From NCBI RefSeq assembly GCF_000150275.1, contig NW_002060972.1, forward strand, positions 252,500 through 316,499: a stretch of 64,000 bases of DNA, given 5' to 3'. Shown here piece by piece: positions 55,401 through 64,000 of the stretch. How positions within the stretch are numbered: position 1 is the stretch's first letter; the number at the start of each line of letters is the position of its first letter. The notes under the pieces were generated by a model that was given only the letters and a program-made list of their open reading frames with translations, did not search any database and was not told the DNA's origin. The translations under genes were made by a program, and so were the position numbers. Source of the DNA: Trichoplax adhaerens (lineage: Eukaryota > Animalia > Placozoa).

Positions 55401-58400
55401 TTATATATTATGTTCACTTAATATGCGTACATATGAGTTTTAGAGCCGCCATTGGCGTGCCACAGTTTTTTGTTTCTGTTGCCATTCTGTAGTAATAAAG
55501 AATGTATAAACTGAGCATGATCAATTTTTTTTGCAGCGCGAGAAAGACATAGGAATATATAAACAGTTGTATTAATTATAGTTTTAGATCAGAAGTTACA
55601 CTGCAAGTAATGCATATTACAGCATTTAGTTAATTCACTCAGAAAAAGAAATATCTGACAAGCATCGTACATCAACAAGAATGATTAACATGCTTACATT
55701 TGCGTCAATCGTGGATAAATACTTGAAAATGTGTAATCGGCCTAAACTACATATCTTGTATAAAAAGAATGATCATATTAATTCAGGTTGATAAAGGAAA
55801 AATATAGGTATCATGAAGTTCTAGCCATAATAATAAAGAAAATTGGTCATGTTCTAACCTTTGATGGAGGTGAAACCAATGGATTATTGAAGACAATAAG
55901 TACGTCCAAAGTTGCAATACGACAAAGTGATGGAGGTAAGTACGAAATTTGATTGAAGGAAATATCCAATTTTGTTAATCTCAGAAGACCAAGTTCTAAA
56001 GGAATTGTTATGTAATGGGTCAATATTTCTAAGTTTATTGATGTACAGTATTAAATTTCACTAAAGCAAGTAATATAGACCAGATAATATAGTACATTAG
56101 ACTGTTATATGCAACCATAATAAATTAATGGTGCAGTAATATGGTTTACAATTTATGATCATACCGGTAGGTAATTGCGTAAGTGAATTATGTCTGACAT
56201 TAATTTCTCGTAATCTTTTCAGTTCAACAGTTACATCAGGCAATGAAGACAAAGCATTATAACTTAAATCCTAAAATATATAAATAAAACCATAGTTAGT
56301 TAAGCTACACAATAATTATGGCAATTTCCTTACAAAAGCAGATAATTCATGAATATAAGTCATTTTATAAAATAGTACATGTATAGTCTGCTTAGGTTGC
56401 TACAATATCATACTTTTATTGTTTAAAACAGAAATTATCGCATATTAGGATGACTACGCTACATGACTGAGGATAAACCAGACAGTTGATGAAGATTAAT
56501 CATTATACAGGGTTATTAGACATATTGTAGAAGATGTTACAACAAGAAACTGATTGAGCTAACGTCTTATTACTTTTATGGTATGAATGAAGACAATCGT
56601 AGTAAAATAGTCATTAATGCTCGCAAGTTAAGTTACGGTAACCCAAAGTATGATTTCCATCCTGCATAATGAGCAGTTGTTAAAATATAACTGAAAGAAT
56701 CGCATACAATATTAGACTTACAAGATCTTGTAAGGCTTGTAACATAGACAATTCAGTAGAGAGTGAGGAGATTTTGTTATGGCTAACATTTAAAATTGAT
56801 ATCGGCAGTTGGCCTAAACCAGGTGGTAATGACGTTAACTTGTTATAGCTAGAAAGTAAAATCGAATCGAACCAAAGAGAACAATATCAAGCCGTGCAGA
56901 GTATATTATTAAAAAGAAACAATTCAACATATTAGGTATGTTTAGCTTAAAATTTAGTGGATATGATTAGCGACATAGAAACTAAACTGATTTTCTGAAT
57001 TTTAAGAAAAGAGTCAAAATATGGTATTTACAGTTCATAATTTTACCCCAGACAGATTGTTTATTTGATGGCATTAATTTCTTGAAATATGTAACTTACC
57101 TCAGATCTAATACAGTTAGACATTTTAGGAGATGAATATCATTGACGGCTTTAATAGAGTTATGTGAACAATTCAACTTTTGTATATAGTCACCAGAGTT
57201 CATCAACCAATCGATTTGTGTGAATCGATTCCGGCTAAGATCTATCAAGACAAAACATACATCTGTTTATAATCGAGATACGGCAAATAAAGTTATAAAT
57301 CATGATAATTGAAAGAAATATCACGCTATTATACAGTTAATGAAAATATGTAATATTAATTGATATTAAGGGTATTATTAGTGAAGTATTACATATCTAT
57401 TAATGTTCGAATGTTGATTCGTTTTCGTGGCAGGTGTTGTCTATTATATGGCATAATGTAGATTTAGTGAAAACTGATTTGTGATGCTGCAGTAAGATTA
57501 GCATTGTACAGTGTGATATTTTCTTCAGTAGACTGCGTAGAAGTAAAAGATAAAAAGAGCCACAGTCCTTGATGATAATAAACCGTACTGAAAAATGTCC
57601 TGCAGTAATTTGGGCAATTAATCCATATATTTGGTAAAGATTTATCAAGTCTGCATAATCTCTTAAATTCCATTTTGCAAGCATCATTTCGATAGCATTT
57701 CACAGTGTTTACAGCGTAACTATGATATTGACATCCTTTAGAGTTGACAATGTTAAGCATGGTGGATTCTGTATTTGAAACATGCATTTTAGTTCAAATT
57801 TAAATTAGTATTTATTATTTTTATACGAATATGCCAAAGTAGTCAAGTGTAGACGTATATAATATGTATTTTATATATACGTGTATCAGTTTTGCGCTTA
57901 TCAAAATTTCTCATTATGTTAAAGTAGTACAGCTTTACATGACTTTATTTACGCTTGCATCAACCCAGGTATAAAAGTTAAAATTAATATTATTATTTGG
58001 GAGAGTTGAAAAAGTAAAGTCCATAGTTTAACATCTTTCTTATACGTTCCAAAACATTTATATCACTGACAATAACATAAAAAAGTTAGCGATTTTATCA
58101 GAAACAATCATGAGAAGATATTTATTGCAATTTTTTCCTTTTATTTTGCAGGTAATATTAGTGTTGTGAAATTGTAAAGCATCACAGAATAATATCGCAA
58201 GATTGTGGGAGGCTCGATTTTAGTTTATAGAATATTTTTCTCCCTTTGGAATTTGCTGTTTACATACATTTAGCAATGATTACTGCATTCTATTCTATTT
58301 GTACACGGTAAATTATGTTGTAGAAAACAGTCAACGTCAATCAAGATGAAGATTCTTGTCTTTTGATTGGGAGAAGTTATTCCCAGCATGACATAAATAA

Positions 58401-61400
58401 AATAAATTTTAGTTAAAATGAATGCCAACGTAAAATCCACAATGACTAAAATATCACCAGGTTGTAAATCAGTGTTAGGATGAGAAATGATTATCATTCA
58501 TATTATGTCATCTCGATGGTTAACGAACTGCCCGGATGTGTTTATAATTATAAGAATAACAAGATGGAAAACTTTAAATTTTGGAAGAGACCAATGTAAA
58601 TTGATAACCTATCAGCAATAAAATGTAAATGCCCTTCGTCTTGCGGTAGCATGTGGAATCTTTCTGGTCTAGTGAGGTGGTACAGCCGCGTACAGTTACG
58701 GCCTATTGTACTTCGAACGTACATCAACTATGCCTACAATACTTATAATTTGGTTTGTACTGCAAAAGCAATAAAGACCATCAAGACGATAATGAATTAA
58801 TTAATTAATAATCGTGAATGCTTGATCAACGTGTTGATAAATATTTATTCACAATGCAAAGCATCTTTTCTCTAATGTACTACTATGCTTTCATTCAATT
58901 TGGATTAGCACAGGCTGATTGCAGCAAATAGTTTTCAACAATTCATTAGTATGACAGTTATGTAGGAGAGGAAGTTAAAGTTGAGAGCTCGTCTTGATTT
59001 CAAGTAAATACTAAAATATATAAGTGTTACTAGTTAATTAATTATTTACGTATCAATGATGATTATACCGTACAGTGTACAATGTACTCTATAGAGTAGG
59101 TGTATTAGTTCATTATTGCACGCGTCCGAGTAGGGTATTATCATGGCACTGTATTATTATACTCCGCTGCGAGTATCAAGAAAGGCTTAGTACTTGGTTG
59201 GCAATAAATTTAATTTAAAATCTACTTGTATCTAGGGGAATGAATCGCCAAGGAAAGCAATAAGACTATAATTTTGTAGTAGATGAGTCATGAATTCATT
59301 TGCGAATGGCGATTATAACGAGCAGATGACTCATACTTTTAATAAGTACAGTATAACGCGTTCAGTAGCCATTACACGAGACCTTATGGAAAAAGTACTA
59401 AAGGTTGTTTATACACAATATTGAATTATACCAAGAACAAGTAGTGCAAGACTATAGTTAGCCGATGACTCACAAGTTTCATAATGTAAAAAAGTTGGTC
59501 ATTGTCAGGCTTAGGATGATTAATCTGAGTGAGAAAATATTAAAAAGCGTGCGGTAATTCACAAGTGTACATAGTTTAATAAAGTAAAAATGACTCCTGC
59601 ATAATTTTACATTTAATAAGCAAATAAACTTCATGATGACAATAGGTGTTGCCACGAAAACCTCTTCCAAATCTTTTGTTTTTATTGCTGTTAAGGTCGT
59701 TAGACTAGGTTATGATCACTCGCTGTAAACAATTTAGGAAGCGTTCCTGAAATATTCGAATTAATTACTTTTAACACCCATCATTCATAAACGGATACTT
59801 TTAATCTAGTGGAAACCTTGAAGCTTATGCGTACAATTTGTTAATAATAGTCAATACGAAAGTATAATGAACGTCCACTGCTGCCGTGAAAGATATATAA
59901 TCAGAGATTGATTGAAAATTGTCCCTTAAAATTGAAAATAAAATTTATCAAAACAGTTAAAATTCAAGAATCATTACACTCGTTCATCCGATGATACAAT
60001 TAATCACCGTTAGAAATGGCGTGATTGCAAAGCATAACAGTCTACTAGTAAATATCTCTCTTATACAATGGACCACTAGAAAAGTAAGATAGTTTTCTAA
60101 TGGTCTTTGCTTATACGTATGAATTTTTTTTTAAATAATACGCAAAATACGAGCTGCAGTAATTAATCATCGATAGCAACAGTCATTGATCGATAGCGAA
60201 CTGCAGCACCGTATCTAATACGTATTGCTTGTAGCTTAAAATGAGTCAATGAAACTATTGGATATAGTATAGTATGATATGGTGAAAAGTCAAATTTATC
60301 GTCAAGAAATTGCTTTGAATTACATTGACAGAGGCGATACTTGGGGGTTGGTACAAGGACAACGCAACATTGTTTTCAAAATAAAATAACATTCAATCAT
60401 ACCCTATCAAATTAAGTTTAAAGTATAAAAGAGAAATCTTTGCATTTGAAAAGCGATACAAGTTTAGCGATGGAGCAAAAACCACTTACGCGTATATATA
60501 GAAATTCTAACGTTCACGGTACAATAATTGATAGCCTGCATGTCGTATTTGACAATTTTAATGGTCAAAACAGCACAAACTGGTAGGCTAGATACTGTCC
60601 CAGAATAAATGCAAGATGTTGTTACATTAAAGATTGATATACGAAATCGATAGTTACCAGTTAACGATAACACCGAATGAATTTTAAAAATACTGTATTA
60701 TGTTTCTGTTATCGGATAGATCGTATCAATGAGATTAGGTGTTGGATTCGTTTCTATTTAGCATAAAAGCAGTGACTTTTACTGATGACTTTGACGCCTA
60801 GGCTTACGAATTACAGCCATTGGCAAAGGATTGGAGATTATAGCCGATCCTGTATGTACTGCAATTTGATCAGAGTTAATGTTCGATTTAGCAGTATTAA
60901 GAGTATGAATATTCGTAAGTCGATGTGTTCACAAAATAGCAAAAAAGGATATTGTGGAACGATTGCATGAACAAACTCAATCGAATCAATCAGATCAGAA
61001 TACTGGTATAATCAATTTCTTGATCATGATGACCATTTCACTTCCGTTTGTTCATCACGGTATATTACTGTATGAATTTGAAATTGAATGAACATTTAGG
61101 CAACTACAATTGATCTAATCCGCTTTCTCTAGATAGTAGTAGCATTGCCAAAGGCCTCTGCAGTGGTACTTTGCCAAGTGTGTTCAAGGTAACTTGCAAA
61201 TTTTAGCGATTCTATAACATTATAAGAAACCTCTTTGGATCGACTGGTGTCCAAAATATAATTGATCATTCTTGTCGTATTGTTTAATGTCAACGATTGA
61301 TGAATGTTATAATAGTAAGGAAGTTCAATTTGTGCCGTTTAGGAACCAGGGGAAAACCTGTAGATGCATTATGAAATAGGAAATGATAAACGCTTTTATT

Positions 61401-62452
61401 GTATTACAGTAATATAATTAATGAAATTTAAGGCGAGCCAATGATTGCAATCAGAAAGAAGATGCCAGGATCGACGAGGTGAAATGTCTCTATTTGATCG
61501 TCGAACTTTATATTCAACTACTTGACACAGTGTATCCGTAGATCGTCTAGAGAACGGTTAGATCTAGTCATCATTAGCAATCTTGTCTCTATTTTATTGT
61601 GACACAGTATTTTATGTTGGAAATTGTATTTTGAATCTTTTGTATATATAAATTAATTATTCATTGCGATGGGAGGAACCCAAAATAAGCAGGAATTAAA
61701 AGGACGATTTGTACAGTACTTGTGCACTATTTGGAGATAAATGACAGTAAATGCTCGTCATCGTCATTCGTTCGTTGATAACTAGAATCAACAATGATAA
61801 CAAGTTAAGTGTAGCCTAATACACTATCTATGATTTGTGATTGAATAATAATTATTATTGACTATGGGCCAATTTAGTCTGGGTTTGCAGCGACAAAGTG
61901 ACTGCGATGAGAAGATGGTGGTCTAGCGTGTGTACGATATGTAGTCATTGACTTTAATTAATCAGCTGATTGAATATTGAGCTGTAAGAGCTAAACCACC
62001 CTTGCCCCGACCGACGATCACTACGTCTGGTAAAAAAAAAAAGAACCAATGTAGAAAACTCATGGGCATAGACCTTCATCCATTCTATTTCTATTGACTA
62101 TCGAGAAAGAGTGGTACCTAGAGGGTAAGTAGGTTAGCGCAATTGGGACAAGTTGTTAGACGGTTTTCAAGTATCCATTTTTTTCCTCCCTTCAATTAAT
62201 TGAAAGGAATTTGAAAGTATGAAACGAAAGTCTTTGTGCTAAGACAGACTGCCTTGCCCTCAATTTGAAATTATTAGCCTACATAGAACGTTCTATCGTA
62301 CCTGCTTCGATGACTCCATAGAGGCCATTAAAGTAGACATTGGGTATAGACTTTAATTTTCGGCTGCTTAAATTTAATTTACCAATATCATTGGATTCTT
62401 GTAAGCATCTTTCCACTGATTTCTTCTTATTGGAATAGATTGCAGTCGACAT
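52494..62452 (-). CDS. LRCH: Leucine-rich repeat and calponin homology domain protein (~787 aa, 17 exons)
   Basis: Exon 1 62302-62452 (SVERCLQESNDIGKLNLSSRKLK). LRR exons 57100-57241, 56722-56848, 56165-56270, 55859-55995 (NNPLVSPP), 55698-55754 (ICSLGRLHIFKYL). Ser/Arg-rich middle. CH exons 52859-52996 (ALSDGILLCYLVNALRP), 52675-52752 (NVSAFIDVC), 52494-52589. Confidence 0.92.
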
Positions 62453-62709
62453 GACGTACCATGTTTTTTGCCCCTACAGTTTTAGGGTCAATTTAGCATA
62501 GCAAGTAGTAGGATAGCATGAAATGGAGCATTTATTCAAAGGCAACCAAGGCAGAAAGTCTTGATAGAGTGAATTAATTGATGTAGATTGACAAAATGGA
62601 GGAGAATTTCATTGAAATCCGGCAAGAATGTGTTTGGTCTGGGGAAATGAGCGTCTGACTCTTTCTACGTCCAATCAATCAACAACAGTCTGACGCCAGC
62701 TTGACGACA

Positions 62710-63280
62710 GTACCGAGTACTGTACTCAGTCTGTCTCAGTGTATAGTACTGTAAACCAAGGCATGAACACTTGCAGTACAGTACTGTATTGAGCAGGCCT
62801 CACCGTACAGTGTACAGTACACTGCCTTACAATACTATGTACCGTAAAGCGCTCTTATTGGATCGGAGTCAGTGTACTCAGTGTACAGTACAGTACTAGT
62901 GAAAACCAAGGCATGAATACAGTAGACCTGAGGAAGGTTCGGTTCGAAGTTCGAACCATTATCATCTACTGTACTGTACTGTATGCCCGCATGAAGAGGC
63001 CTAACCTTACAGTGTACAGTACACTGCCGTACAATACTATGTACTCTTACTTATCGGAGTCAGTGTACTGTACTGTAATGTACAGTACTCAGTGTGCTGT
63101 AGTACTGAGTGTACAGTACAGTACACTACGGTACAATACTATACTGTATTGTACAGTACAAAACAGCGTATCGTACAGTACACACCACTGTAAGTCGATC
63201 ATAAACACAGTAATGTACAGTACAGTGTACAGTGTACAGTGTACAGTACAAGTGCTTGTCAAGGGTACGGTACACGAATA
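62710..63280. repeat. GTAC/CAGT-rich low-complexity tract with an internal direct duplication, upstream of LRCH
   Basis: Dense tacag/gtaca/tactg motifs. aaaccaaggcatgaa and tacagtgtacagtacactgcc.tacaatactatgtac each occur twice. Confidence 0.85.
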
Positions 63281-64000
63281 GACATAGAAAATGTCCAAGA
63301 ACTGATTTCCCAAATTTTAGATGATTGAAAAATAAATTGGTTTGCAATTTCAATTCATTTTATATCTATCCAAAGAAAAAGAGTTGAAGTACAAGATATC
63401 CGCTGATAGAACATGGATTGAAAAAGCAAAACATTTTTTTCATTAATATAGAAATTCGGGAATTAGTTCTTGGACACTTTGTACCATAAGCTTTTGCTTG
63501 GTATACAGAATGACAGAAACGTTTCATTTAGTTCACTTTGACCTTGGCTACCATTGGATGATGAAGGTGAAAAAAGAATTTGAAATAAAATAGTTTACAT
63601 CCATATGTTATGCTATAGTATTTACTATGAATGCTGCTGTTCAATCAGCTTAGCAAGCCTGCCTGAAACCTTAAACTGTATTCTTAATAGAAATCACCAT
63701 ATTGAAGGAAGTCCTTCTGATGTGACGGTTCAAGTCATTTCATTGCAATCTTGTCTTCATCAAATAAACCGTTTCAGTGATTTACCCCAAAATTTCAAAT
63801 TTTTTTCAATCCTAATTCAATATGCTACCTTAGAAACAAATTACAATGGATAACTTAATTATTGAGACCCGAAGAAAGATCACACAGATGCTGTTATGAT
63901 ATCGAATCGCAGTAGATTACATTGACTATACTGTACTTGATCAATTAACGGAAGAGCAGGTAGGAATAATGTAGGCGGATCAACTTTAATACAATCCAGT

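Noticed and set aside
57400-61370. ORFs within LRCH intron 1
   Set aside because: LRCH exon 1 joins exon 2 in phase without them and they show no domain signature.
62913-63853. Tyr/Cys/Thr/Val-rich ORFs and the 82-aa ORF at the window end
   Set aside because: The first are translations of the GTAC-rich tract. The last has no recognisable motif and is flanked by stops.

Overview
Eukaryotic, AT-rich animal genomic DNA with compact GT-AG introns. The style suggests a placozoan such as Trichoplax, but that is inference. Most ORF-track entries are intron read-through or repeat artefacts, so genes were rebuilt by hand from splice sites and reading phase. The main feature is a giant minus-strand gene (18514 to <1, at least 84 exons, 3' end outside the window). 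It encodes a secreted mosaic: signal peptide, IGFBP domain, follistatin/Kazal domain, one pacifastin-like domain, a WAP-like 8-Cys domain, then at least 39 more pacifastin-like domains. Each pacifastin-like domain is split over a phase 1-2 exon and a phase 2-1 exon. Domains 1-24 are divergent with varied P1 residues; the rest form a recent ~965-bp three-domain tandem array with P1=Arg. The window also holds a 76-aa ubiquitin paralogue ending LTLTGK (no di-Gly), three DUF1057-type alpha/beta hydrolase paralogues, ubiquitin-RPL40 (UBA52), a 55-bp satellite carrying a 126-bp hAT-type MITE, a ~283-aa uncharacterised gene, and an LRCH gene. About 18.6-28 kb has no gene I can support.
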